The position numbers were made by a program, and so were the translations under genes. This document shows, piece by piece, positions 1 to 12,290 of a DNA stretch of 36,661 nucleotides. Within the stretch, counting starts at the first letter, position 1; each line of letters begins with the position of its first letter. The stretch is from Coniocarpon cinnabarinum (Eukaryota). The stretch is taken from positions 62,001 through 98,661 of the forward strand of contig JAVECO010000083.1 of the NCBI GenBank assembly GCA_051942205.1. Reading direction: 5' to 3'. The notes beneath the pieces are model-generated. The model worked only from the letters and a program-made list of their open reading frames with translations. It did no database searches and was not told where the DNA came from.

Positions 1-68
1 CGAAGATTTTCCCGTGTATTGGCTTGGATTTCACGTGCCAATTAACCCCAATTCCTTTACGCTGACAG

Positions 69-560
69 GCTGTACAGGATATTGAAAGTTCGCAAAGTCT
101 GGCAGAGTCAAATGCACACCCAACGCCGATTGAGTTAGCTCTTGAGCGTGAACATGAAGAGCGGAAGGTTGCCCACACAGGGCGTGGAGGCGCTGGAAAC
201 GCGATCAACCCTTCGGAACTCATGCGCACTGGACAATTTCACGGTGCAAAGTCTGCAGACAATGCAGCAGCGGACAATGATCCAAATGCGATACAAGGCG
301 AAAAGGTACACCGAATGGTAGGAAGAGGCGGCGCTGGAAACTATGACCCCGAGATTGGAATCCTTCCAAGCAAGCATGAAGCTCAGGCACATGATCAGAG
401 CCAAGTCGAGAGTCCGAAGCCGTTTTTGCGGGAGGAGGCGGACGTTGAGATGGGCTTACCCAAACCAGACGCGGCGTACTTAGGTCCAAAAGAGCGTCAG
501 AAAGACATGCACAGTCTGAATGTGACGGACGAGAACTTTGCACGGGACAATAGGAGGTGA
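69..560 (+). CDS. Last exon of a GRGGAGN-repeat protein (DUF3602 / Par32-like); 5' part lies outside or at the edge of the window
   Basis: Putative acceptor GCTGACAG ends at 68. The frame is open from 69 to TGA at 560 and contains two GRGGAGN motifs (HTGRGGAGN, MVGRGGAGN). Confidence 0.7.
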   Translation, partial: AVQDIESSQSLAESNAHPTPIELALEREHEERKVAHTGRGGAGNAINPSELMRTGQFHGAKSADNAAADNDPNAIQGEKVHRMVGRGGAGNYDPEIGILPSKHEAQAHDQSQVESPKPFLREEADVEMGLPKPDAAYLGPKERQKDMHSLNVTDENFARDNRR

Positions 561-686
561 CGTGCACAGAAGACACCCTGGTGCTGTGTATTTTCAAAGT
601 GGCGATTGTAGTTTGGCCGATGAAACCGGCTCCAAGCAGTGTCTGTGATCCTTTTCCAACGCCTCGCTAGTATTATTGCAAAATCG

Positions 687-1144
687 TCATAGACCTTTCT
701 CAAGTAGATCTTTAGCTTCGTTCACTTTCGTTGCTCTGGTCACTCGTAAGCAATCTCTGCAGCCTTGCAGGATATATCAGCGCGTGTTGTCCCACTCACA
801 AATACGGGCTGCCTCCTCTATCTGGATGATTCAACATCATGAGCGTCCTGTGTTTCTTTCTTACAATATCTCTTGTCAGCCCTGTCTCTTTTGTTTGCAG
901 TATCAACGCCGCTTCGCGCCTCGTCATCTTCGGCTCGAAACCACCCTTGTAAAAGGCGCGACCGAGCGCATTCGTGCCACCCTTATACCGTCGGAGAGCG
1001 ACTAAGCCTGCACGACCCTGGAAGTACCATATCAGCCGATGGTTCCAGGCAAAGTGTCTCTGCAGCGCAAGGGACCTCGAGGAAGGAACGTACGAAAAAG
1101 GCGGCGGAAGCCACACCAATGCCGATCAGAAGGGGTGTGGTCAT
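687..1144 (-). CDS. PAM18: Mitochondrial import motor J-protein Pam18/Tim14, 105 aa; exons 1144-1094, 1017-800, 735-687
   Basis: MTTPLLIGIGVASAAFF|GRAG...FYKGGFEPKMTRREAALIL...NHPDRGGSPYL|ATKVNEAKDLL. HPD motif present. Introns GTACGT..CAG (1093-1018) and GTGAGT..CAG (799-736) give a continuous frame. Confidence 0.95.
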
Positions 1145-1412
1145 CGCTTAGACGCGGTAGATTGTGAAACACGGGTTTGGGAAGAAAGTTCGATGATGAA
1201 GGCGTTTGCGCTGTATAGATTAGTGGAAGAATTGTACAAGAGTATGATTGATTTAAAGGGTCGCGATCCAACCTCCTGCCTAATTTCAGAGAATAGGTAT
1301 TCTGCTGCCTTGTCTTTAAGGCAAATATTAATTTCGGAAAATCCATCCACTGGTCGAACTGCTTTCTTGACCTACAAAATTCTTTAACTCACCCAGTCCG
1401 ACCACCGTCAAA

Positions 1413-2120
1413 ATGCGTATTGAGACCTGTTACTTCTGCTCGCGGCCTGTCTATCCCTCCAAAGGCATAACCTTCGTTCGTAACGATGCGCGCTCCTTCC
1501 ACTTCTGCCGCTCCAAATGTCACAAGAACTTCAAGATGCACCGCAACCCGCGGAAACTCGGGTGGACGAAGGCATTCAGGCGGGCGCACGGCAAAGAGAT
1601 GACGGTGGACTCTACACTTCAATTACAAGCACGGCGTAACGTCCCGACGCGCTATGATCGGAGCATGCTAGAGGAAACGGTGCGAGCCATGGGCCGGATC
1701 GAGGAGATCAGAAGCAAGCGGGAACGGCGTTTTCACAAGGGGAGAATGAAGGGGAATAGGCAGAGACAGCTAGAGGAAGATCGGAAGTTGGTGAGGGAGA
1801 ATGCGCACTTATTGCCGCCTGGGGAACGAGAGGGGCTGGAGGAGCTGCTGGATGAAGGGGCGGTGACGGAGCGCATGGAGGACGCGGAGAGTGTGGGTGG
1901 GGCAGAGGAGCTCGACAGTGAAGCTGCTATGGTGGATGAGGAGGATGAAGAGGAGATGGTGGACGAGAGCGTGTTGCGCGCGAGGGCGGCGCAGGAGAAG
2001 GAAGAGAGGATGCAGAAGGCGGTGAGGCAAAATGTGAAACAAAAGAAAAAGCAGCAGAAGGGGAAGAGAAGGGCGGCCGTCGTTGGGCAAGGGCCTGAGG
2101 GAATGGAAGTGGACGGGTGA
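1413..2120 (+). CDS. RLP24: 60S ribosome biogenesis protein Rlp24 (L24e family), 235 aa, intronless
   Basis: [58 protein letters not shown] signature with an acidic/basic C-terminal tail. Divergent from PAM18 across about 270 bp. Confidence 0.95.
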   Translation: MRIETCYFCSRPVYPSKGITFVRNDARSFHFCRSKCHKNFKMHRNPRKLGWTKAFRRAHGKEMTVDSTLQLQARRNVPTRYDRSMLEETVRAMGRIEEIRSKRERRFHKGRMKGNRQRQLEEDRKLVRENAHLLPPGEREGLEELLDEGAVTERMEDAESVGGAEELDSEAAMVDEEDEEEMVDESVLRARAAQEKEERMQKAVRQNVKQKKKQQKGKRRAAVVGQGPEGMEVDG

Positions 2121-2508
2121 ATGCGATCACCCAGCAGACGTCTTTCAACTGCGTATACATCACCTTGGCAAATCTGAGTAGGAGGTGCGGCGTAGCATCG
2201 CACTCGAGCCGGTGTTTTCCACAACGCGGCACACCAGCTGAGTGCATGCAAAGCGCAAGGCAGCCTCTGGCGGCACACCGTCTGTCTGCATACTTAGCAA
2301 TGGTCAGGAGTGTTAAGGCAAGGCAGAAAAAGAGCTATGGTTGGCGTTGCGGAGCGTCAATACCAAACCCCATGTCCACATGCGCCATCAAGTCCTCGTG
2401 CCACCATGAGCGACAAGTTGCCTGACGCCACACCGACGCATTGATCTAAATAGCCGCCAAAGAGATCACCAGAATACCACCGAAACTTTTTCCAATATCA
2501 AACCACAT

Positions 2509-4496
2509 TCACTTCTTAGCCTTTTTCTCCATATGCCCGTCTAACTTGCCTTGGCCCTTTCCACCGCTCTCCGATCTCTGATGCTTCTTCCCATGTCCCT
2601 CGACCCTCTCATGTGCGTCTAGCTCTCCCGTTCCATCGTCGTCTTCGACCATTGCGCCTGGCGGGCCCTTTGACCCTTCTGTCGGTCCCTCAGCCGCATC
2701 ATCAAAACGTTTCCGCCACGTGCCTTCCATCACCTCTTTATCCGCGCCCATCAACTTGATCTGATACGCCTCGTGCATGCCCGCTTGGCAAATGTTTCGC
2801 CTCTCACCGAAGTCGAACATGGGCTTCGGGTACACTTGCTTTCCCTCTTCCTCGGGCAGATCCCCTTTCATGGCATCTTCGCCCTGGCCGTACCCGCCAT
2901 CGCCCCGCACAAGACAGCCCCACTTCTTCTGGTCCGCAATGGGCGCCTTCCACGGCTCGTAGATGTATTTTTTGTCAAAGTTCTTGAGCTCCGGGACGTA
3001 GTGCCGCACGTATGCCCCTTCCTTGTCCGTCTTCTGCGGGAACGAGATGGGCGAGTATACGCGGTAGTACTTGGACTCGAAGGCCGTGCACGAAAGCCAC
3101 TGCCAGTTGCCCGAGTTGCAGGCCGTCTCGTGGTCGATCAAAAACTCCTCGAACACCTCGGCGCCCCGCTCCCAGTCCACGTAGCAGCCGCCCCGTGTCA
3201 AAAAGCACGCGACTGCGTGGCGTGCCAAATGGTGGATCCAGCCCTCCTGCCGCAGCTGTCGCATGATGGCGTCGATCCAAGGAAAGCCGGTGCGCCCCCA
3301 TTTCCAGCGACGATACCATTGCTCACCGTCTTTATTGTCGATATCATACGTACCGGTGATAAGGTGGTTCGATTTGTCGATGCGGCTTGGAAGATGCCAG
3401 GGGACGAATTTGATCGACGTGTTGCCGTACGTCTGCGCCATATGATAGCCCAAGGCAGCCTGCGCGGCAAAGTACATGTCGCGGAAGAACAGCTGGCCAT
3501 TGAGCGATGCCGGAGGCGCTGACGCGTCTTTGCGCCTCTTGCAGATGTCCTCAACACGCCAGTAGAACTCGCGCACTGATAAGGATCCGAAGTGTAAATG
3601 CGGCGAAAGCACAGTTGTGGAGCGAGGATTGAAAGCGGTAGGCGCAGTGGACGGTTTTTGAAAAGTGGCTACGTATGCTTCGTCCTTGCAAAGGCGCGCA
3701 AGCTCTTCCAATGCGCGGGTCTCGCCGCCTCGGTGGGGTGTTGTGGCCTCCATGCCCAGCTCGCCCAGCGTTGGGACTGCAAAGTCACCCTTGGGGCCAG
3801 CGAGTGAGTCGTAGCCTTTGTCAGGATGGTTTCGGAAGCCATGGTTGAAGTCCGGATCTTGAGGAGGCTTGTCTTGTTGGACGTCGTCAAGGGATAGTTT
3901 CCCTGGGTCTGGAATGGACTTAGGAGCAGACAGAGGCCGAGCAATCTCACCTAAGTGCTGACCCGCTTGCTGAAGTTGCGTTATGCTCATAGTGGGCTTG
4001 CCACGGTTCTGCTTGACCACGTCATCACTGTCCCAGAGCGTGCGACCATGGCGAACGATCAACTCGACGCCGGCCTTCTGCGCGCTTTCAATAACGCTAT
4101 CGTCTCGATCCCGAGCGTAAGCGTCGACATCTTTCTCAAATACCAGATGAGTGATCTTCCATGCCTTGAAGAGCTTTGGCAAGATGGTTTGTGCCCCCTC
4201 CCGGACAACATGCAGCTTCTGTTTCTTGTTCAGCTTTGCGAGAGAGGCAGACAGGTCATTCTGACAGTCCAGCAGAAACTGGAATCGGTTCGGACCGACA
4301 CGGGCTCGGTAGACATAGTGCGGGTCCCAACACCACACGGGATAGAAGGCTTCGGCGCCGAGCTCGAGTGCAGCGGACAGAGCAGGGGAATCATGAAGTC
4401 CTAGCGTCTTTGCTCAGCCCGAGAATGCTGATAGCCACATGTCGCATACCTACGTAGGTCTGTGCGGAACCAATACAGGACACGTGGTTTGGACAT
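2509..4496 (-). CDS. (6-4) photolyase / animal-like cryptochrome, 644 aa; exons 4496-4454 and 4400-2509
   Basis: MSKPRVLYWFRTDLR|LHDSPA after removing intron 4453-4401 (GTAGGT..TAG). Motifs LSPHLHFGSLS, GRTGFPWIDAIMRQLRQEGWIHHLARHAVACFLTRG, NSGNWQWLS and RVYSP. Confidence 0.93.
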
Positions 4497-4635
4497 GGTC
4501 GCCGCAGTGTGATCGCGAGATGACTGTGCGAAAGGGAAGGCTGGGCGAAATATTGGCCTCGGTCGGCGTTGTGCTGCCGACAGGCCTCCGATATGGTGTT
4601 TCGTCTGCGTTTCGCAAAACTTGGCGAGCTGAGAG

Positions 4636-4777
4636 GATCGAGGCAATGTCGGCAAGCTACAGGGGGGCGCCAGATACCACACGGCGCGCTTTGCGAAAGC
4701 TGCGGGTCGTGGTGGACTGGAGGATGGACACAGGTACAGGGACCTTGCAGTGACCAAATGGATCTTGCAATGATCGA
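4636..4777. promoter_or_regulatory. Candidate White Collar complex light-response motifs (GATCGA x2)
   Basis: GATCGA at 4636-4641 and 4772-4777, plus GATC at 4761, within 300 bp upstream of the photolyase ATG. Short motifs, so only suggestive. Confidence 0.3.
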
Positions 4778-5624
4778 AGCCATTGACGAGATGGGTTTAG
4801 AGGCCGCTTCGAATCTCCTGGCTTGGTGAAGCAGCCGCTTTGCTCTTCTGGTCAGGTAGCGCAAAAAGCCACAAAAGCTTAGCCCCACACTCCATGCAAG
4901 GTCTGGCCGAAGAGTTATGCAGGTTGCATGATATTATAGCTGGCGTTAGCAATCCTAGCCACGGTCGTATCACAATTATCACCAGATGACCTTCGCTAAA
5001 CACCACCTGCCCTTCTCATGACGTCGGGACGACTGCGCGCTGAGAGTCCGAGGGACAGAATCCTTCAGCGGCCACGCCTGTTTCGAGTGAGCGGCAGAGC
5101 CTTCCAGATGACGGAGGCCATCAGGAATGCACTCTCACCAGCAGCTTACTCTCTCATCGCGTACATTGGCCAGGAGCCACCCCGTCTTTGATTGGACCGA
5201 CTCATGTGGTCATGGATTCTCTTGGCCGAAGGATGTCCAGGCTTTGAGAGTAGGAAGCCTTCTCATGGCTGGCCTCGGCTGACTCATGGGGACCAGGAAA
5301 TGCTGTAACCACGCGGGTGCGATGAATAAATACTCAACCTAGTCGTCGATCCACCCAGAAGACACCCTGCAGCTGCTCTTGCATTAGAATGGCACCATGA
5401 GCCGGCCTAGCGTGAACAACGTGTAGAGTCCACGAAGCCGACAGTACTCTCTGTCCCTGGTTCTGTGACCTACCTTTCCATCGTCTTGCAAAGCGACCGT
5501 AGCAATCCCTATACCCGGACCAGCTTCAGCTCGAATACAAAAGCTTCGCTCGCAGTCCTGGGCGGGGTTTCCACTGTTGGCAAAGCCCTTGATTTCTGTC
5601 TTTTATCCTGTGAATCCAGCAGCC

Positions 5625-7006
5625 ATGGGTTGGTTAATAAGTAGCCTGCTGTTTACAGCAGCTGTTCTTGCAGACTCGATCAACATCGAAGAAGAAGGCC
5701 TCCAGAGTTTCATTTCTCTTGCACATAACGGCACTGCAACGGATGTCCATGTCCAAGCATACGCACCTCTTGCAGCTGGTTGGGCCTCGATCGGCATGGG
5801 CTCGAAGATGGAGGACTCACTGATGTTTGTTATGTATCCTTCGAGCAATGGGCAAGGTAGAGTGTTCTCCGCATTTACGCTGGCACTGCGCACGAAGCTA
5901 ATGTGTGATGAAGGAGTGACTGTCAGCCCTCGTACTGCTGCAGGACACGTTATGCCTGAACTCGAGCCAAACATCAAATTAAAGGTTTTGAACTCTTCAA
6001 TAAATGCCGACAACTATCAGATGATGATGGCCGAATTCGTATGCTACGGATGTACGACGTGGTCGACTGGCCAATTGAGTACTACGTCTACAAGTCAGCC
6101 GTTCATTTACGCACTAGGGCCAGGCGGACAGACTGGTTCGGATGATCCAAACGCTGCCATTCACAAGCACGAAGCTCAAGGTATGTTTTGAAAGCTTCTC
6201 TCGTGGGAAAGAACGCTGCTGGAAGCTCGATGCTGACGGATGAAGGCATGGTGACTGGAAATACCGCGAATGCATTTACGGACACTTCGACTTCTCCAGC
6301 GGTTGCACCACAATCAGCAGCAGCGAGCAGTCCTGCACCCGCCGCAAGCAGCCAGGGGAGCTCACACCATTGGGAAGTCGTCAATGGGCCACCTTCAAGA
6401 TATCAAATCTGGGCTCACGCTGTTTTGATGTGCCTCGTCTTCTTTTTGCTCATGCCCCTGGCAGTCATCTTCTTGCGCATGCCATTTATGGGTCGTTTTG
6501 CATATCCGGCGCATTGGGTCCTCCAACTCATGGCATGGGGCGCCGCCATTGCTGCTCTTGGTTTGGGTATCAACTTTTCCAAGCATCAGAAAAAGTATCA
6601 ACACATTGACAATTATCACCAAATCATTGGCGTGGCGCTGACTGCCGTCATCATCCTCCAAGCTCCCGCGGGACTGATACACCACCTCATGTACAAGAAA
6701 AAGCCGGGTCGCACTGCCATCAGCTATGGCCACATAGTTTTTGGTTGGATGATCATCACGCTAGGTATGCTCAATGGTTGTTTTGGACTGTGGCTGGTGC
6801 ATAACATCAACGGGGTGTGGGCCTTGGGTGTTGCAGGAATCGTAATATTTGTTGCGATGTTGACAGCATCCTTGCTGGCTGGCTGGAGACGGCGCATGTC
6901 CAGTATGAGTCAGCCAGTCCGAAGTTTCCAGTATGTGAGTTCGCCAAAGGGATCGGATGCAGACAACAAGGAGCGAATAGCCTACACTTCGAGGTCGTGG
7001 ATGTGA
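5625..7006 (+). CDS. Signal peptide + CDH-type cytochrome (DOMON-like) domain + cytochrome b561 membrane domain, about 419 aa; exons 5625-5856, 5914-6180, 6246-7006
   Basis: Signal MGWLISSLLFTAAVLA. GWASIGMGSKM..SLMFVMYP, VSPR..GH.MP, CYGCTTW and candidate Met/His heme ligands (GSKM, IHKH). Hydrophobic helices carry His residues (AHAVLM, AHWVLQ, YHQIIG, GHIVFG). Introns GTAGAG..AAG and GTATGT..AAG. Confidence 0.85.
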
Positions 7007-7858
7007 TGCTGCGAGGTAGATTACGAGAAATGAAAAGGCCAACCACACTTCTTGCTGAGACTTTCTGCAACTCATATTGCGGCTTGAGAGATGACGTGAG
7101 AAACGATACAACGCCGTCTTACGCGATCCAGTGACGGGTGGTAACGAACAGCGAAGAAAAAACAAGAGAGATATTGGCACGTGAATAAGTACGCCAGGAA
7201 CGAACTGAAGCGCTGTGTCCTGCTGATATCGAACTTTGAAACGAGAATCCCTTCGGAATGTTAACCACGACATCAAATGTAATGCCACACCACGACGTCT
7301 TCGCTCTTACTGTGTCAGCTCGCTTGGCGTGGGTCGTGTTCTTGCGCAACTTATCAGCTTCTCTACGAGTAGATGCTCACCGCTTGCGCATGCTCCGAAG
7401 AGTATTGGGAATATGCGATTGATGCACTCAGGCAGAGAAGCCGCAATCGCCAGCCCTCCACACATCGCCGTCAGACGCTGCTCGAGAATGCAGTTGAGAG
7501 AAGGATGGGACCATCGACGGTGTGGATGATGGGTGAAATCGAGAGAGAAGCAGTGGAAGCTCTCGGGAGTTTTCGGAGCGAGCAGAAAAGGCCAAAATGG
7601 TGTCGCGCTAGCCCGTGCGTGCATCGAGGATGCACCATCTAAAGTCATGGCACCGCACATGCCCAAGATGTTGGGAGAAGTGCAGATTGCGCGCGCTCTC
7701 TCTCGTCGGCAAACCAAAACTTTGACCTTCTTTCTTTTTTCCCTTTCTCACGCAACCACTGCTGCTACAGCAACTCGCACTTCCTCTTTGTCCTTTTGCT
7801 CCCCAAGCAACTCCACTCCACTCTTCCTTTTTCATTCTTCCTCGCAACTACCGCAGCC

Positions 7859-9372
7859 ATGTCCAAATCAGAAGGCGAGGTCGTCCAGTCCAGAAAGACT
7901 GTGATGGGCATGCCCGTAAGTTTCTTCCCTCCGTCCTGCCCCCAGGGTCACCTCCGGAGAAGCTCCCTCAGCTCCCCTTTCCCTGCATTCCCATCGCCAA
8001 CTGCAAGTTGCCTGTATCCTGATGCGAATCTGTCATGCTTGAGCTCCAATGGTTCACTGCTGCCCAAGTTGACGACTCCCGATCATGGGCGCCGCTCATA
8101 TTGAAGAGGGCAGTCTTGGACCCGACCGACCTTATCTCTGCAGCTCTTTGTTCATCATCATGTACTGACGAATCTCTCTTAGGGCTTCGTGGTCGACTTC
8201 TTGAGTACGTTGTTTCCTTATCAAGCGCTCACAAGCTCATCATCATCACCTTCGACGTCGCTGGCGTGCAAAAAAATTTCCGCACTCAGGGGATGAAGAA
8301 AAGCTCCAACATGTAACATTACTATCGAGCTGCTCTTCACCTGCTGACACGATTGCGACAGTGGGTGGTGTGTCTGCCGCCGTCTCAAAGACCGCAGCCG
8401 CGCCCATCGAGCGTGTCAAGCTTCTCATTCAAAATCAAGATGAGATGTTGAAGACTGGTCGGCTCGACCGCAAATACGACGGTATCGCAGAGTGCTTCCG
8501 AAGAACCGCCGCCAACGAGGGTGTGGCATCGTTATGGCGTGGCAACACCGCCAACGTCATTCGATACTTCCCAACGCAGGCGCTCAACTTCGCGTTCCGT
8601 GATACCTACAAGTCCATGTTCGCGTACAAGAAGGAGCGTGACGGGTACGCCAAGTGGATGATGGGCAACTTGGCATCTGGTGGTGTAAGTCATTACTCGC
8701 CTCTCTCTGAACAGTAAGAACGAGACTAACCCACTTTCACAGGCCGCTGGTGCCACATCGCTGCTCTTCGTCTACTCCCTCGACTACGCCCGTACCCGTC
8801 TTGGTAACGACGCCAAGAACGCTGCCAAGGGTGGCTCTCGTCAATTCAACGGTCTGATTGATGTCTACCGGAAGACTCTTGCTTCCGATGGTATTGGTGG
8901 TCTCTACCGTGGTTTTATGCCCTCCGTTGTTGGTATCATTGTCTATCGTGGCCTCTACTTCGGCATGTACGACTCCTTCAAGCCTGTGGTTCTCGTCGGT
9001 CCTCTTGAGGGTAGCTTCCTCGCTTCGTTCTTGCTCGGTTGGACTGTGACAACTGGTGCTGGTGTCGCTTCCTACCCTCTTGACACGATTCGTCGTCGTA
9101 TGATGATGACTTCTGGCGAGGTATGTACAAAGTTCCCGACTCAGAACGCCCTCTCGTTGCGGCAGTCTTACTAATTCCAATTTTAGGCCGTCAAGTACAA
9201 CGGCTCCATGGACGCTGCCCGGAAGATTGTTGCTGCAGAAGGGGTGCGATCGCTCTTCAAGGGTGCTGGTGCCAACATTCTCCGTGGTGTCGCTGGTGCC
9301 GGTGTGTTGTCCATCTACGACCGAGTGCAGCTCCTGCTCTTTGGCAAGGCCTACAAAGGTGGCTCGGGCTAG
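7859..9372 (+). CDS. AAC: Mitochondrial ADP/ATP carrier, 321 aa; exons 7859-7915, 8183-8204, 8362-8684, 8743-9120, 9187-9372
   Basis: [46 protein letters not shown] and the RRRMMM signature. Four canonical introns give a continuous frame, including a 22-nt micro-exon. Confidence 0.97.
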
Positions 9373-10143
9373 ATCGCATCGTCACAGCTGTCACCACATG
9401 TCAATATAGATCGGATAACTTCCTGCTCGGCAAGATCGACCACGGGCTGTTGAACGAGTGGTCGAGACAAACCTCACATCACCATTACCTCCACCAAAAT
9501 CATGCTCGTTGTGGTGGAAGGCCCAAAGAAAATTTACAGCCTTCATTGGGTCCTTTCGTCACGACACCGGCGGCAAGCAAGCTATGGGCGTTTGTAATGT
9601 TCCTTACCATCTCTCTGTTTGGTGTAGGCGGCGGTTCGAAAGGGATTCGCGCGACTGCTACCTATCCCAATGTACTTTACTGGCTCCTATATTCTGCGTC
9701 TTCTACATCTAGTCTTGTGCTTCCTCGGTCTTCGCTTGCTATCTCAAACTAATAACTCATTGCGTGTTAACTAAACGGGCAAGTTGAGGATTAGGCCAGC
9801 TCACATGGGCACTCAATAAGAGAGGTTGCTGTAAATTGAGGGATCTGTTTTCGCACTGAGGCACCCAGTCAAGCACAATGTCTTTCTTCATGGCAAGAGA
9901 TTCATAGCACGCGTAACTCTATCAACGCTTGGAATTGTTCACAACCAAGGCCAGAAAAGTAGCGGCGTAAGAGCAACCATCATGGATGAGTATGTGAGAC
10001 AACCTGATTCAGATTGTCTGAATTACCTGCACAAAACGCTTCGAGACGCCATCGCTCAATCGCATATTGCTTTTGATACCGCAATCACAACCGCATGCGC
10101 ACCTGAAACTTCCCAATTCTCCTGCCGCTTTCATGTGCATCGC

Positions 10144-11801
10144 TCAATACACCCCCGGGATGATTCGCCATCTGACCTGTCGACAGTACTCCTCCCAGTC
10201 CTTGCCATACTTCCGGCGACACTTATCCTCATCCCTCCGCTCGCGATGCACCAACAACACCAGAAAGTAAATCATAAAGAAGTACGTAACCAACATCCCC
10301 CAGCCCTTAGCTTCACCCGGTATGACATCCACACCGCCGCGTAAGCTATGCGGATCCGGCAATTTAGCGGCGTTGGTAACGAGGCTGTCGGTGTGTTGCG
10401 GATGGTCCCGGAAGGGAGAGGAGGGCACGATGACATAGCCCGCTGCGAGGGTGGGGAGGCAATAACTCCAGCTTAGTAACCAGTCACCTAGGTAATTGAT
10501 GTGTCGTGCGCGGCCCCACCAGCCTGATGTCAAGAGTTTGGAGCCATGGGAAGTGGTGATATAGCTTAGGTTCTTGACATAAGGGTGTGTCGGATCGGTG
10601 CGGAAGGTGTTTTTCTGGCTGTTGGTCGCGCGAAAGATGTAGTAGCCCGTCCCGAGCAGGGTGAGGATGAGCGCAGAGTACCAAGGACCGAGATGAACGG
10701 GGTGGACGGCGAGATATCGCGCTTGCAGCGAGTAGATGAAGGGAACCCAGACGAGGTCGCCGAAAGAGAGCATGAAGCCGAACCCATCTGTCGTTATGTC
10801 CATGGTAGTGAGTATAGCGGGCTCGTTGATGAGGGCGTCGAAGATGTAGACGGCTTGCGAAATGACGACGAGGAGCATTGAGTCGGTGATGTGTCCGTAG
10901 TGGCGGTGTTGGCGGATGAGAGCGGTGATGTCGAAGAGGAGCCAGCCGAGCATGCCAGGTCGGAGCTCCATGAATGACTTGAGGTCAATTTCGCCGATAA
11001 GAGGCAGTGTGTTGGGTGGGTTGAGTTCGCGGCCGAGGAAGAAGTCGTGGGGAAGGGCGCCGGTAGTGCCGTGATGGGCGAGCTCACGGAGCTGATACAT
11101 GGATGTCGCTGGGTGGGGAGGAGTAGATTTAGATATTTGTCTGGCGCTGCCATTGGGTTGTGAAGATGTGTTGCCGTCGTGGGTCTTGGAGCTGATGGAC
11201 TTCACGGAGAAGGATCGAATGTAGACGAAGACGGCGAGAGCCCAGGCAATGAGATTCGAGGCTGTAAGGAGAGGAACGTAATTATCCCAGATCCAAGGCC
11301 AGATGGGCGATCGGTGGATATCGTTCTCAATCAGTGTGAATGCTGTGAGGACGCACAGCGTGAAGAGGGCACTGCTGAAGGCATTGAATCTATAGCTTAT
11401 CCGATGTCCGTTGCCCAGCTCAGTCCCTTGCACCTCTTTCGCGGGGAGGATCTTCCAGAGCAGAAGGGAGAAAGCGTAGTAGCCGAAGAGTACGAGTAGA
11501 GAGGTGGTGTTGTATAGACCGGCCAAACCTGGCCATTGGATCTCTTGGGCGAGCTTGCGGAACTTGAGCGTAGAGGGATGGAGTAGGGCAGGTGATGGAC
11601 AACCAGAGAAGTCGTTGCAGAGGAGGTAGAAGGGATAGCAGATGATCGGTAGGACTATCAGTAAAATGGCACAGAAGGCTCTGGCATTCGGTCAGATAGT
11701 GTCAAGAATTGTAGCTACAAGCTATGCCAGGTCACTTACGGTCCTCCGAACTGATATTCTGGTTTTGAGGTCCGCGTACTTCCAGCACGTGTGCGCACCA
11801 T
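10144..11801 (-). CDS. ERG24: Sterol C-14 (Delta14) reductase, 532 aa; exons 11801-11740 and 11680-10144
   Basis: EYQFGGP|AFCAILL..LCNDFSGCP, DFFLGRELNP, ELRPGMLGW, TTMDITTDGFGFMLSFGDLVWVPF, LLTSGWWGRARHINYLGDW, KYGKDWEEYC..V.WRIIPGVY. Intron 11739-11681 GTAAGT..CAG. Confidence 0.93.
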
Positions 11802-12290
11802 AGCTGTGCGAGCGGGAGCTGGCCGTGGCTCTGTGGAGGGATCTCGAATTCAGGATGGATTCACGGCCGCCCAGACGCAGGCGCTAACGTAGGTGAATTA
11901 CAAAAGACAGCGTCTTCCAAACAAGATCTAAATCTAAAAGTCCCAAAAAGTCTAGCGTCCGCGAGTCAGGCGAAGCGGCCCAAAAGGTCCGAGGCTGCGA
12001 TGCTTCAGGCAAGAGTAACTGCCCTTGCGTCTTGCATGAATTCACTCAACTTGCGTGCTCTTTTGCGGATTTGAGCTCGGTTGTCGGCTTCTTGTTCTGC
12101 TGAGATTTTGCTTTTGCTTAGCACAGCCCAACTGCAACGGTCGAACTACCACATGGATACGCTACGATAGCAATCTCCACCACCTCGCTACATAAGGTAC
12201 ATGAGCTTATCTCAACAACTTTTGTGACGCGCTCCGCACCACTCTCTGCGCGCTTCACAGCGTTACCTTTTTCATCCTCACTGGCGCAAC

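Noticed and set aside
2773..3522. Long antisense or alternative-frame ORFs over real genes (e.g. 2773-3522, 1733-2278, 20573-21202, 27386-28063, 9123-9752)
   Set aside because: They shadow well-supported CDSs or UTRs and show typical antisense composition without motifs.
7916..8361. Intronic snoRNA in the long AAC introns
   Set aside because: No convincing box C (RTGATGA)/box D pair with terminal stem and no H/ACA layout. An Infernal/Rfam scan would be decisive.
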